Source of the DNA: Octopus sinensis
Lineage: Eukaryota
Direction of reading: 5' to 3'
Assembly: GCF_006345805.1 (NCBI RefSeq)
Contig: NC_043004.1
Span: forward strand, 23,684,001-23,748,000
Length of the DNA: 64,000 nt
Part shown: piece after piece, positions 35,344-48,749 of the stretch
Layout: every line of letters begins with the position of its first letter
How positions within the stretch are numbered: position 1 is the stretch's first letter
The notes under the pieces: generated by a model
Database searches by the model: none
The model's input: the letters and a program-made list of their open reading frames with translations, nothing else
What the model was told of the DNA's origin: nothing
Made by a program: the position numbers and the translations under genes

Positions 35344-36420
35344 TCCATCCATCCAACCATCCATCCATCCATCCATCCATCCATCCATCCATCCGTCCGT
35401 CCATCCATCCATCCATCCATCCATCTATCCATGCATACATACATACATACATGCATACATATTCATCATGGCGTCGAATACAGACACGCTGGCATAGAGA
35501 ACTATTCATTCTCCCGGATAATGAATACTAACCCCTAAATTATTTGCAATTTATGCAAGCACGGTGAAAGAAATGGTTATTTGCTTTGAGTAAATGTAAA
35601 GAAATAACCGTTTCTGAAAAGCCCGTAGCAGTAATCAAACAATGAAATACATATCATGTGGAAAATTACTGTTCATACACAATGGTGACGAAAGAGCCCG
35701 GAGACAGCTATCGCAGATCGCAGAACTATCGAGAAAAATTCCAGTAGACTTTCGAACTGAACCAAGTCCAGTTCTACAGAAAGTCTAGAGAAGACTTCTC
35801 GGTAGGCTACATGAAATAGTTAAAAAAATATAGAGCTTAGAAATATCCAACATTCTCAAATTTCTTTAGAAAAACTGTTATGCCAGCCAGTTACATTTGT
35901 TGATAAGAAATATGCCACCCTACCAAACAAAATCACTCGGCCAGAATTCACAAAAGATAAGACACGCATTTACAACACAGTAAACTTTTTCTGCATAGAT
36001 ACTGTGAATGAAAAGAAATACGGCCAAGACAAACCCAGCGATAAAAAACTGCTATCACTAAACAGACATGTATGATTGCACAAAAACAAGTGAGGAATAC
36101 AAAATACTAAAATCACAGCTTGCATCGAAGTTCAAACAGAAATTGACTACTTATGTACATAAGGCACTGTAGTCAATATTTAAAAGAGTCAACAATTTAA
36201 AATGCCCCTCTTTTACAAATTATAAGATGAAAATGACCTACTACAAAAGACAAAAGAACACTTCATAAAAATCCTAAAACCGAAACTAAACCGGAAACAG
36301 TTATAACAATTACAAATAAAAGAGGAAACAACTTCCTCTTTATATATTAACCTGGAACACATGTGTTTGAAGAGTTAAAAAGCAAAGTCGCTTATGCACA
36401 AAATACATACTAGACATAAG

Positions 36421-36760
36421 AGGAAGGGGGTAACCCCCTTCGGTCATGAATGAGCATGGGGTTGTACCTACAAAGTTACCCTCCGAAGCAAAATTCCGGG
36501 CATGGTTGCTTTATGGAAGTTGCCCATGCATACAAGCCTCCTCTCTGCACACCATTGATGTTATCCAAGAGAAAGGCAAAGGTCGATACAGCCTGGCACC
36601 AGTGATGTCGCATCTCATTTCTACAGTTTAGTGAATTGGAGCAACATGAAATGAAGTGCCTTGCTCAAGAACACAACACACAGCCCGGTCCAGGAATCGA
36701 AATCACTATCCCATGATTGTGAGCCCGACATTGTAACCATTGAGCCATACGCATTCACAG
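36421..36760 (-). mobile_element. tRNA-derived SINE, family C
   Basis: Minus-strand head TGGCTCAATGGTTACAATGTCGGGCTCACAATCATGGGATAGTGATTTCGATTCCTGGACC...CTTGAGCAAGGCACTTCATTTCA. Related heads occur at ~15660-15790 and 61450-61560. Confidence 0.7.
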
Positions 36761-39295
36761 ACATTAAATACACAATAAAGTACACACCAAATGCAAATTT
36801 CTTCCATAATGGTTAGTGACATTCTGTTGAGTAAAGAAATGTCTTTTTAAATAGCTAATTACTTAAAAAAATATTTTTGTCATTGTGTGTGAGCGTGTGT
36901 GTTTATGTGTGTGTCCTCCACTGTCACCTGATAAACGTTGATGATCTGTTTATGTGCTTGTAACTTAGCGGTTTGGCAGAACAGACCTATAGAATAAGTC
37001 TCAGACTTGAAAATAAGTACTGGAGCCAATGTGTGTGTAAACGGAATGTGTGCGTTCCCAATGATTTGATTTTTCGTCAAGATATAAATCACTTTTCGTT
37101 TCCTTGGCTTCTAGATTTTACCGCACTGAGTAGATACATCTTCGGTTTGGTCTTCTTTTAAGAACATTTCAATTTATTTCAGTTGTAAATAATTCGTTTG
37201 AGAGAAACACATGAACGTAATTATGATTTCATTTTTTAAAAATCCTAAAACCTTATTCCTATATCGAAACAATTGATAAGTAATGTGAAATTACAGAAAC
37301 TAACAAGAAAAAAATATGAATAAGTAATGAAATTCCTAAAATAAAAGTAAAAGTATTTTCCATTAATTCTTTTACATTCTTACATGTGGTTGAGGCATCG
37401 CAATCAATTTGTGAAACTATATCAAAAAAATGTTTCAATATTATTTGAAATTGTATTTTGCAGCGAGTCGAAAAGCTAAGCCATTAGGCATCAAAATAAC
37501 TATATTTTATTTTTCTCGCCCCCTCCGACAATAAATCACTTCCTCCCTCGTCCTTTCATATACATATTAGAATTCAATTTGCAGAATCTGTATACATCAA
37601 CACATTTTACGCTGAGGGAAAATTGCTATGTATATCTTTTCCCCTTTGTCTTAACGAAATCGACACGACACCACCAGGTCTTGAAAACAACAACTATAAT
37701 TTGGAAAACATTAATGTTTGTTAGGAATTATATCTCCGAGAGATAAGTTATTTACTGTCAGATAACCTTATAATGTGAATATATTCCAAAATGTTTGTTG
37801 TTGGAAACTGCATCCTTAGTGTGAAAAACTTACAGATTAACACTTGCAAATCTACTAAATATGGATTAACGTCAAAGTTATTCAATTCTTTATTTAAAAC
37901 AGGGTTCCTCAACCGGGGTCCACATAAGATTTTGTTAAAATTTATCTGCAATAACTTGGTTATACTTCTACAGTACCCAAAATATTTTGATTTTTTTAAT
38001 ACAATTCCAAATAATGCCTAGTTATAGAAATATAGTAGGACATTCCTTTACACAAATCGAATGTCCATGGAAGTCCAGTAGAGCAAAATAGAAATCAAAG
38101 AGGTATATAGGCAGAAAATGGTTGAGAACCATTGATTTAAATGCTTACTGAATCTAGAGACATGATTTAGAGTAAGATAGCTCACCCGATGAAATATGTA
38201 TTTTGTGTTGTAGATCTGTAGACGTTTGAGAGCTGAATCATAAGATTCCTCTCGCATTTCACTTTGTATCCATATAACTAGCACTTCATTGATCTTAATA
38301 AAGACAATGAGAATAGCATAAAATTAATGAGGTTTGAGAGAAAACAACAACAATGGTTTCCGTGTTTAGTTTTTAAAATGAATTTCCTTTCTTTTATCAG
38401 CTTTCAACTCCAGTAGAGTGAGCTAATCTATGTCATCTCATTAATGTTAATTAAGATGTGTTTACCACTCATAAACATTTACAAAATGTATAATGCAGGG
38501 AATATTCAATATTGCTTCAGTGAGTTATTAATTAAAAAAAAAGAAACAATTCTATCACTATTTCGTTAATGAATACGTATGTAATTTATGATAGATGCTG
38601 TCCAAGAGAACCTTGCGTTCATTTCTCTTCTAACAAGCAAGCTCAGCTATCTGTTGATGTGAACAGACAACTAACGCAGGAAAATCATTAGACGGAATGC
38701 TAATTCGTTGCCGATGTAATTATCATGAACATTAATATGCTAAACTAAATTTATGAGGTAATTATTAATACTGAAGTGAACTGCTTTTTATTTAGTTTAA
38801 TAATGCCTCAAAGATTAGTTCGGTGAAATCGGTGACAGCCAGATGGAGCAGTGGAATTTTGTGTTACTTATAATTAACTTCGTTAATATCATCTACTTAG
38901 TGTTTGGGATCGAAATATAAAGTTAGCTAAAAAGTTGAGATATTATTATTAATACACGTCTGCTGGTTAAACTAATCTTATTTTAAACTTAATAATATCT
39001 ATTTCACCGCTGGGAGTCATATATTTCCAAAACTTCCATTCGTTTACCAGGGCTGCGTACAACTTACAGAGGTTAATAGATGATAATCAATAAAAATCAG
39101 TAGCCAGATGATCAAAAATGTCCATTAGAAGTTGAAACAAGAAAAAATAAATGAAAAAAAAAAGGATTGCTATAACCTGCTTAGTGTCAGTCGTGTGAAT
39201 GTGACAATGCTTATATGACAAACATAGGATCGCAGTGGACATTAGTTAGTTAATTAGTTAGTTATTCAGTTAATTAATTAATTAGTTAGTTAGTT

Positions 39296-40260
39296 CTCTC
39301 CGCGCCATGAAGCATATAAAAGCTGAAAGAGACTCTCTCCAACCAGTTTTCTGCCACTGTTCTGGTCTTATTCCAGCTTCCACACCCATCTCATTGCCTC
39401 TCCTTGCCAATGGTCTTTTGCCATGTTGTTTTAGGGGCGCCCTGCTGCTCTTTTCCTCTCAGTGCCACCATAAAGTAGTCGCTTTCTCTACGTTGTCTGA
39501 GGACCTGTCCGACCCATTTGCCGTGTTTGCGTCTTATTTCGTCACTGATCCTGTTGATAGTTGTTGTCGTTTCAATTGTGTCATTTCGAGCTTTTTATAG
39601 TCAACTAGCAGTATCGCCCGGCGTTGCTCGGGTTTGTAAGGGAAATAACTATAAAGCATTTTTAGAGAGTTATAGCCAAAAAAATGGAAAAAAAATTATG
39701 GTAAATTTTTTTGAGAGTTAAAACGGTCGAGTTGCGTCCCCTAGACAGTCTGTGGTTTGTGTTTCTGATTCTCGACCCCATGTCGAATTTATCGATTTTT
39801 TTCAGAACTGGGGGAACTTTTCAAAATTTTCTCTGCGTTAGTTTTGAATTATGACATTGGGCTATGTGTGTGTTAAGTTTCATCAGAATCGGTTGAAAGC
39901 TGTGGTCAGGGTGAGGGTACAAGCTAACAGACACACAGAAACACACACAGACAAACTGCCGTTTATATACAGAGAGATGAATGTTGAGTAATCTCTTTAA
40001 GCATGTGAATTGGAAGCTCCCATTGTTTTCTTTAATTTTTGTCACTTTCCAGTTTTCACATCCGCTGAGTAATACTGGTCGGACCAATGTTTTGAGCAGC
40101 TTTAGTTTCGTTTTGCGGCCTATACCTTTTTTATCCATACCTTTCTTAGATTTTACAATGTTCTCCGGGCTTTGGATGTTCTTTTCAACGTCTTCCATCT
40201 CGTTGTTGCCGATCTCAACAAGAGCTTGTTGTCTGACAAATAATATACGAATAGAGAGGA
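39296..40260 (-). mobile_element. Decayed RTE-clade LINE 3' fragment, split by an insertion
   Basis: RKTKLKLLKTLVRPVLLSGCENWKVTK..TCLKRLLNI | ..ISDEIRRKHGKWVGQVLR..PKTTWQR..TGWRESLSA, with an (AACT)n-like tail at 39241-39295. Confidence 0.8.
39603..39978 (+). mobile_element. Helentron-associated (HINE/DINE-like) non-autonomous element nested in the RTE
   Basis: 5' ACTAGCAGTATCGCCCGGCGTTGCTCGGG (sub-terminal palindrome). 3' AAGTTTCATCAGAATCGGTTG...ACAGACAAACTGCCGTTTATATACAGAGAT. The RTE reading frame is colinear on either side. Confidence 0.7.
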
Positions 40261-42829
40261 CAAGCGTATTGCAAAAGCTCAGAATCTAACGCTGTAGAAG
40301 TCGGTCTGAGAGCCCATATGTAATATCGCCACCACTTAGAACTGACAGTTAATTCTCTCTCAGATTACATCCTGATGTCTATTTACTATCCTTAAAGAGA
40401 TGGACCTAATGAGTTTGAGCCTGATGTGATCACCTCTAATGACTACGAATTGAAATAGCAGATATCGTTGAAGTTGACATAGGTATTCCATATGAACAGA
40501 ACATACTGAGTAAAAATATTTGTCTAACCCTTGGTTAAACCTGAACCAAGAAATCTAGATCACATCTACTACATCCACGATTATCTTATTTCTTCGTAAA
40601 GTAGACTATATTATATTATTCAATGTGTGTTTAATGTTTGATTATAGCGTTAAGTAGAAGGAGATTTGCTTGCTATATCTAATAGGGTAAGTGATCACAA
40701 AGATGGTTTCAACGCCGAGGGAGTCAATATGCAATTAAAGATCAATTACATTCCAGTACTTGCCAACATGTGCCTCAAATCTAGCAGCCACAAATATCCG
40801 AAATCAAAATATGATATTACCATGTGCCACCGAAAAACACAGCTCTTTCATCGATCTAAATGCTTAATCGTTACCAAAAGTGGATATATTATAACTTAAG
40901 ACAATACTCTTAGATTTATTGCATCTAATATATAGATATAAAGAACATTAGAATCATTTAAAATTATATCTGTACGATACTTTTATGTCTGAATACAAGG
41001 TTAAGTTCAAAGAGATGGAAAGGGACTATAATCAGGACTGATTCCCATATTATAGACAAGCTGGAAACATGACAATAGAATAGATTAAAGCGTTTCAGAA
41101 AAGGAAATGTTTTGTTAGGAATAAAGAACTTCGTTATCTAGTGACCAGCTGATTCAGCTTTTTCAAACGAGAAGGGAATTTATGAGAATTATTGTTTCTC
41201 TTTCAAGAGACCAGCACATTTTCAATCTTATCCTACACAGTAATAATTGTATTTATATAAACTTAGGCTCAGAGCGGTGAACGTTATGTGATTCAGCAGA
41301 TAAGATTCAAGAAGAGAACCAATTAATCAACTTAAAGAGATATTATTAAGAAATTTGAGCAAACATTTCCGGTTTCATATCCAAGTAAGTCATTATAATA
41401 TTATTAAAGACTTTCTCCAGCGAGAATGACCGGAATGACAGAGAACGACCAGAATGACCAATCACCAGTATATATGGCAGTTTCTATGTCTTTATCTTTT
41501 TATGTGTTTCAGTCATTAGACTGCGGCCAAACTGGGGCACTGCACTGAAGAGTTTAGTCAAACAAATCGACCGTATAACTTAATTTTCTTAAACCTGGTA
41601 CTTATTCTTTTGGCGAATTACTAAGTTACGGGGACATAAATATAACAACACCAGTTTTTTCAAGTGGTGGTGCAGGACAAACACAAGGACACACACATGT
41701 ATATATACGTGGGGATTCTTTCAGTTTCTGTCTACTATCCACTCACAAGGATTTCGTCCGCGCAAGGCTACAGTAGAAGATACTTGCCCAAAGTGCCAAA
41801 CGGTGGGACTGCACCCGATGATATGAGTGCATCCATGTGAAGAACATAATATGAAACTAACTACTGAACATCTCATTACAGGAAATGCAGAACGTTATCA
41901 GAATCAGAATCGTTTGAATTTAATAGCAAGGTAGATCAAGATTATTGGAGCAGATAGACATCAAAAACTGAATTATGAGTAGGTTTTCGAGAATTAGAGG
42001 AGGAATTGAACTCAGAACGTCGATATTTCGAACATCTATTAATTATAGACACGTTGCGATATGTAAATATTCCGACCACCAGACAAAGTATAGTGGGAAT
42101 CTTAAGTTGAATAGTTGTAAAGAAACCTGTCACAAACCAAACTACCAACCTTTGTTGATAGTCAAATGTCGCTTCATACTCTCATCCACAATGATTCTTG
42201 AGTGAAAGGTCAAGCTTTGAAAATTCCGAAAATTTTAGACAGAAAATATCGTCATGAGAAATCAACGCTAATAGGATAACATGGCGCATGTTCGCAAATC
42301 AAGCCCCATGTAGTTGCTTGACTTACCAGAAATGACAGTCAAGTTTTCTTAGAAATTACACGCTACCAGTTTAAAACAAGGGTACAATTAATAATGTTGT
42401 TCATGGAGGCACTGTGTATTGGGTAAAGACGGATGGTTACAAATGGAATAACTTTGACCTTAAATCTGCTCCATGAAGTCTGACGTGCGATAATGTTCAC
42501 ACGACTCAATGCGTACTCAGCAAGGTCTTAAGCAGACATTTTGAATGAAAAAACACAGAGCCCTCACCAGCATCTAGCCATTGCTTGCCGTACAAATCAA
42601 CACTCTTGTGCGCCAATAAGGAAGTTACTACATCGCTTCACGTTCTAGAAACGGAAGACAAATCTCTATCAAATGATATCTTAATGCATAGAATGAAGAA
42701 GGCTAAATGTAATCTCAGGTACATTAGTTCTTCACTTGTTTATTATTGTTATTTTATGTCCTATGCCTGGAAATCTTTTATCACACATCCTGTGACCTTT
42801 TCAGCAACTCTCTATCCCACGTGTCTCCT

Positions 42830-43700
42830 CCTGTCAAAAGCAGAATAGACTAAACAAAACGCGGGAGGGAGAATCGCTGATTACCTTCTGAAAATATGAA
42901 AAGCAAAGTTGACCTCGGCGGTATTTGAAACTAGAGCGAGAGGCGTCGGAATAAATACTACAATGTGTTTTGTCTGATGCCCTAACAATAGCATTGTTAC
43001 ACTAACTACAACAATGTTAATATTTTCTTATTCCGGTAAAAGGAAGGTAATTTGTAAGGGGAGGGTTTAGTCGATTCCATCGACCCCAATTCATGACTGC
43101 TATTTTGCTTTATCGACCCAGGAGGGAAGGAAATCAAAGCTGACTTTACCGGTATTTGATTTCAGAATGTAAAGAGCCGAAAATAATCCTGAAAGTCACC
43201 TTTCTACATACACTCCACCATCGTCAATGGTTTCTAAAGCAGTGGCATGGTGATCAGTTTTGATGAGAGTGTATTGCTCGATTACATCCATACCAGCACT
43301 TGAATGAATTTGACTGATTCTTAATTTTATCGACCTTAAAGAGATGAAAGTGGTGATGGGGACAAAGCTGCTCCTCGCAGGGCAAGATTTGAAATTAGAA
43401 CATAAGGAGCCGAAAGGAATACCAAACATTTTTTTCAACGCTATTCTACCAATCCACCACACTTCTCCTACTCAACAAAAGATAGCCTTTTCTGTTATAG
43501 GCACAAGGCCTGAAACTTTTGTGGGGTGGGAGTGGGGGAGTAGTCAATTACATTAACCACAGAGCTCAACTGGTATTTATTTAACCGACCCCAAAAGGAT
43601 GGAAAGTAAAGCACGCATCGTCAGGATTTGAAAACAGAACGTAAAGAACCGGAACAAATGCCGCATAGCCTTTTGTCCGAAGTTCAAATGATTCTGCCAA
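42830..43700 (-). mobile_element. Array of ~4 highly decayed family B SINEs
   Basis: Repeated AAAGCAAAGTTGACCTCGGCGG / ATCGACCCC / CAGAACGTAAAG blocks, all in the same orientation. Confidence 0.6.
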
Positions 43701-46700
43701 TATAATTTATTCTTAGAATCCTATATTCTTCAAATATGTTGTTATTAAATACGGAAATTTGATTAATATAAAATAAGTTATTTTTCTTAGATTTTGTAAT
43801 TTTTAGAATCAAAAAATATTCTTTGAACATTGTACGCCTAAAATAGCATTTTCATGCAATTAAATGTGAGGTTCAAATAAAATAGTTTACTTTATTGATC
43901 AAAATGAAATATGATTTCGCTAAAAAAATTTTCGTTGAGATCAGGATGTCATTAAACAATGTATTTAATACATCTAATATGGAACATTTTGATTATAATG
44001 TTATAGAAATGGGACATAAATAACATATATTAATGACAATAGTGTATGGTTATTAGATTTTTACCTTTGGGTCAAGCCTGATCGAGTTGTGGGGTGATCA
44101 AAGCCATTCCAGAATACATTATATGTGACCATTACTTTTTAAGATTGAAGGATGCGATGTTTAAGAAATTTGGCTGCTATTACAACCAGACCTAATACCT
44201 GTATATAGATTCCTCTCATTGGTTCGTTCACACTGTCTTCTTAAAAAGTCGGGATAACAATAGAACATTAGAAGATATAGACTTAACATTGATAACTTGT
44301 GAAAAACAACCGATAAAAATAAAATGGCTAATACAATTTTCTTATATAGATATGAGACTAATAATAGTTATAAGGTAATAAACTCTTCAAAGACGCCATC
44401 AGCATACAAGAGAACCGATAATTAAGTGTGGAGCAATGTATTTAGTGAAGAGCGCTTTAGATGTGTTAATTGGAAATATTTATGTGATTACTATAAAATA
44501 TTAATCAATAACTGTTATATTCATTTTTGTGTTTGGTTAATTAAAGGACAAATCTGGATATGCTTTGATACTATTCTTCTTCACAGTTACGTTTGCTCGT
44601 TAAAATAGAATTGTTTAAAGAATTCAGAAATGCTACCAACATGACAAATATTTTTTTATATTCAAAATGATCCTGGGTTTACATTCGCATATTTGACCGT
44701 CATTCTCTAATATTGTAGGAAGAGGTATGAAAAATATGTGGCTGCTATTTCTAGTTGTAGAAGAGGCCCACTAATGTTTGACTACAAAGGTTGATGAGCT
44801 TCAGGTCAACCTTGGCGCAGCAAACGTATGACAAAAAAGTTCCAGCAATGACCACCTTGTGTTTTTAGTGTGTCAAATACTATATAATCATTTTTCTATA
44901 CGTATTTTCGTTCTCGGGATGTTAATGTAGGATTTGAGGGAGAAGTGGCTGCTTTTTCTAGCAAATCAAGTAAACATTATAGATACTTTCTCATTGTCTT
45001 TAGAACATTTTTGTAAAATTGGAAAGTTATCAAATGGCATTCTTATATAATTAGTGGTAATGGAGACAATAGAAATGTCTTGGAGACATAATAGTTGAAC
45101 CGGATTTTAGCTGGATTTGGAACGACATTCTTAACCGGAAATTTTCTTTTAACTTGAAGCCATTTACCTACATTTGAATAATAAAGAAACATCTGGTGAG
45201 GAAAGTGAATCAGAACTAAGCTCTGGTCAGACTAATTTCCTTCTCCAGTTCCCATATATGTTGGTAAACACTTTTAGAGCCTACCACACCGCTAATCACA
45301 TGCAGGTATTGCCGTCATGCAGGATCACCTCCTTTCTTCTATAAGTCTCTTTTATAGCTATGACTAGAAAGACTAGTACTTAATTCCAAACTTAATAAGT
45401 AATTTTAGATAAAGTGATTAAATCGAATCAACTCGATGGAAACCCTGTTTGACATTTTGATTTTAGTTCTGAGTTCAGAATTTCGCTTAGGTTGATCTTA
45501 TTCTTCATCTCTCTCGAAGTGATAACACTTTTATTGGTAAACTTCTCTTCTACATAATTGTCCATATGTCTTGATCAGAAACCAATATTCTTTTTTAATT
45601 ATTTATAAAGGGAATAGAACAGATGAGAGAGAGAGAGAGAGAGGGGGGATGAGTGGCAGAGAGAAACAATACAAAAAAAAACAACAACATTGTAGTAATA
45701 ATTTTCATCTCTCTAGATTCCGAATGGTAGCTTAGGAACTGCCCGCTTCGGTTGCAGTCCTTCCTAGCTCTACATAGTAATATAAAAAATATAGAAGCTA
45801 TCAGTAATATTTTGGCTGACGAATCAATTATCCATGTTTCTCTATCACATCGACCTATCATTTAGCTAACCAAGGACACCAAACTCACTATTTCTAACAG
45901 TAATATTGATTTTTCACTCAAGTACTAAGTCACACATTTCGGAAGGCAAGATACGTAGAAACGTATGATCCCTGTATTCAACTAGTACTTTATTTTATGG
46001 AATTCCAATGGATGAAATTAAATTTGATCTTGTGGAGTGGGGACTTGAACTCTGAAAGTTAAAGTGCTGTAACTAAACAACTGCCTCAATATTAACCGAC
46101 AGTTTCCTTTCTCACTAGAGCGAATTGTACCTTACATCCTTTTGTAATCGTTAAATTTGCGAGGTCGATAACAAATCGATCGAATCGATTATATCTCTTC
46201 CTCCAACACTTTCAATTTGTAACTCTGTCTCACTGGAACAATTTACTATTAAGTACTACTGGAGACTTGGTTTCGTTTTCAATAAAATGGATATTTCAGA
46301 CGCAAAAATGTAATTCCAGCAGACATTTACTTTTCTCTAGAATTATCTAGAAAGTATGTCACGACGTGTAGTTGCGCTACTGAAGTAAACAATAGCAGCA
46401 GACTTACAGTTTTCCTATATAGCATAAGTGAAATCAATTGATAGAAGAGGAAGCAGTATTAGGTTGTAATTATTTTCTTCTTCTGAAAGGATTCCGTTTG
46501 TTGGTGCAATGTAAACCACTCAATTTTCAGTCTGTTCAGTGCTGTTGTACCAAGTGTATTGTTATGATTTCTCCCAAACTTCTTACTCACCAGACTACCA
46601 AATAAATGTGGCAAGAGTAATTCAATGCTTCACTGAAACCAAAGACCACAGCACACAATAATATTATTAGTTGCTATCAATTAATCTTGTTGCTCTGTGA

Positions 46701-47809
46701 AACCCTGTTATCAATTACATTATTTTCATTTCCGTACATTACAGTCAACCCTTTACTGCTGGAGATTGATATTTACTAAACATGCGTTTAACCAATGGTC
46801 AAGTCAGATCCATTAGATTCAAGATCGAATGCATTCCCGCAATAAGCATTTCGTCATTTTTTAAAAATCCAAGTTGGGTGTTTTTCTAAACTCGGTGTTA
46901 TTTTGAGATAAATTTAGCTGTTATTTTTAGTAGTTTGAGTGTGATCTCACATAAATCCTCTGGTGGTCTTTGAAATCATACTGCACTGCATTTTCGATAT
47001 AATCATTGCAGACAAAAATAAGTTGATAATATTATAGTGTACTTAGGACTATATCTTTCTACCTCCCCTTGCTCTTCTTTAAGATGCCTGAATGCGATTT
47101 CAAGACGAATTGGCTGCTACTTCTTGCATGTCAAGCGATCTTCTGGCTGCTACACCGAATGTGTGTGCATTAGGCAAGTGTGGTTGGCCAACTATTTAAA
47201 TGGAAAAGAGCAGGAGTGGGAAAAGTGAGAAAAATGAAGGGCGGGAGAAGAAGGGAAAGAGAGAGAAATAGACAGAAAAACCAAAATTATAAAACTGTAA
47301 AAAGCAAAAGGAAACTTCTATTTCATCTTTCAATTTGTAAAATTTCTTTCAAAAAAGAAGAAAGTTTTATCGATAGTGTAAATTAGTCGAAACATTATTA
47401 CAATTACAAACGAATAGTAACAGTAATGAATATTGTTATCAAACATTTTCTAAAAGTATTTCGATAATGCCATTAAGTGGGTGAAACTCAAGTGAAAGCT
47501 ATCGAAAGATTGATGGAATTGAAGCAGCAAATCTTTAGTGAGTTATAAAAGCACGCAGGAGTAATTTATATAGTAGTTGAAAGTAATTGTCAATTGAAGG
47601 GTTTCTTTCAAAAGTACGATCTTTTCATGCAGAAATAATGCAAAAGAAATGTATTAAAAAATTTCACAAAGTTAAATTAAAACTACAGATGTGTTAAAAC
47701 TCAGACTCTGGAAATACCACTTTAAATGCTCATTCGTTCGTAAAGTTTCCGAGTTCAAATCAAGCTTGATTTTACTCTGTCCATCATTCTACATCGTATT
47801 AGATGAAAT

Positions 47810-48025
47810 AAGGATTTCAAACTTTGGTACAAGGCCAACAATTTCGGGGATGGAGTAAGTCGATTACCTCGAACCCCGTTCTCAACTGCTACTTATTTTA
47901 TCGACTCCGGAAGAATGAAAGGCAAAGTCGCCCTCGACGGAATTTGAACTCAGAACGTAAAGTCTGACAAAATGATGCTAAGCATTTTGCCCGGAATGCT
48001 AACGACTCGGCCAGCTCGACGTCTT
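47810..48025 (-). mobile_element. SINE family B
   Basis: ACTTTGGTACAAGGCCAACAATTTCGGGG...GAAAGGCAAAGTCGCCCTCGACGGAATTTGAACTCAGAACG...CCAGCTCGACG. Confidence 0.8.
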
Positions 48026-48331
48026 ACTTATTGGATAATATAATGAATAGCACGTACACATGTGGGCTAACAATCATCATGTGCATCACGATCCTTCATA
48101 TTACGAACAATATATTCTACTTCAAGTGAAATCAGGGATGTACTATTATCGAGAATAGTAAGGAACAAGAGCTGGCGCCTTCTCACATCACTCACACTTC
48201 AAAACTGAATTTTTCTTTAGCTTTCTTCCTCACATATTTCGTTTAACCTTCAGAAGGTAAAAGTCAGCGTCAATCTTATCACTATCATCGCTCGAGGAGA
48301 ACATGTGATGGCTATTGAGGTGACGGTGTTC

Positions 48332-48749
48332 GGATCTTTTCGGTTTGAACGGCAGTTTTTAACATAATTTCTAGGTAACTAAAAAAATTTTAAACTTCGT
48401 ATATTGGTAGAATGTGTTTATAAAACATCTTTTTCTATTGGCTTTATTGAGAAAATTCTAAAGATGTAAGATATTTGCTGTATTTTTTCTTCAATTTCTG
48501 CAATTTCAACCAATCAATTACGTCCATAGTTAAAAAAACATTCTGTGCCGTATGAATATGTCCCTCGTTTAAGAAACAGATTGGGTTTATTTACATTTGT
48601 GAAGAAAAAATATACCCTTCCCCCACCCCTAACACTAACCCTAACTCTAAAACAGTGAAATACAAAAGATAGATAATAAGGTCATAATTATGGGTGACAA
48701 TTTCATATGACACCGCTAGAAAAAACTGCCGTTCAAACCGAAAAGATCC
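48332..48749. mobile_element. MITE with perfect 29-bp TIRs and an 8-bp TSD (Merlin-like termini)
   Basis: TIR GGATCTTTTCGGTTTGAACGGCAGTTTTT at 48332-48360 and its reverse complement at 48721-48749. TSD CGGTGTTC at 48324-48331 and 48750-48757. Internal CCCTAACACTAACCCTAAC tract. Confidence 0.9.

Noticed and set aside
38177-38292. Open 108-nt minus-strand segment INEVLVIWIQSEMREESYDSALKRLQIYNTKYIFHR ending in GTGAG
   Set aside because: Weak AAG acceptor and no resemblance to the juxtamembrane exon expected in a receptor guanylate cyclase.
45200-45340. Possible mariner DDE relic on the minus strand (EVILHDGN...PELSSDS)
   Set aside because: Only two loose motif matches and no TIR.
46585-46640. 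Short minus-strand exon-like segment (tttcag...EALNYSCHIYLVV...gtgagt)
   Set aside because: Splice-like signals are present but there is no recognisable homology, and such matches are expected by chance over 64 kb.
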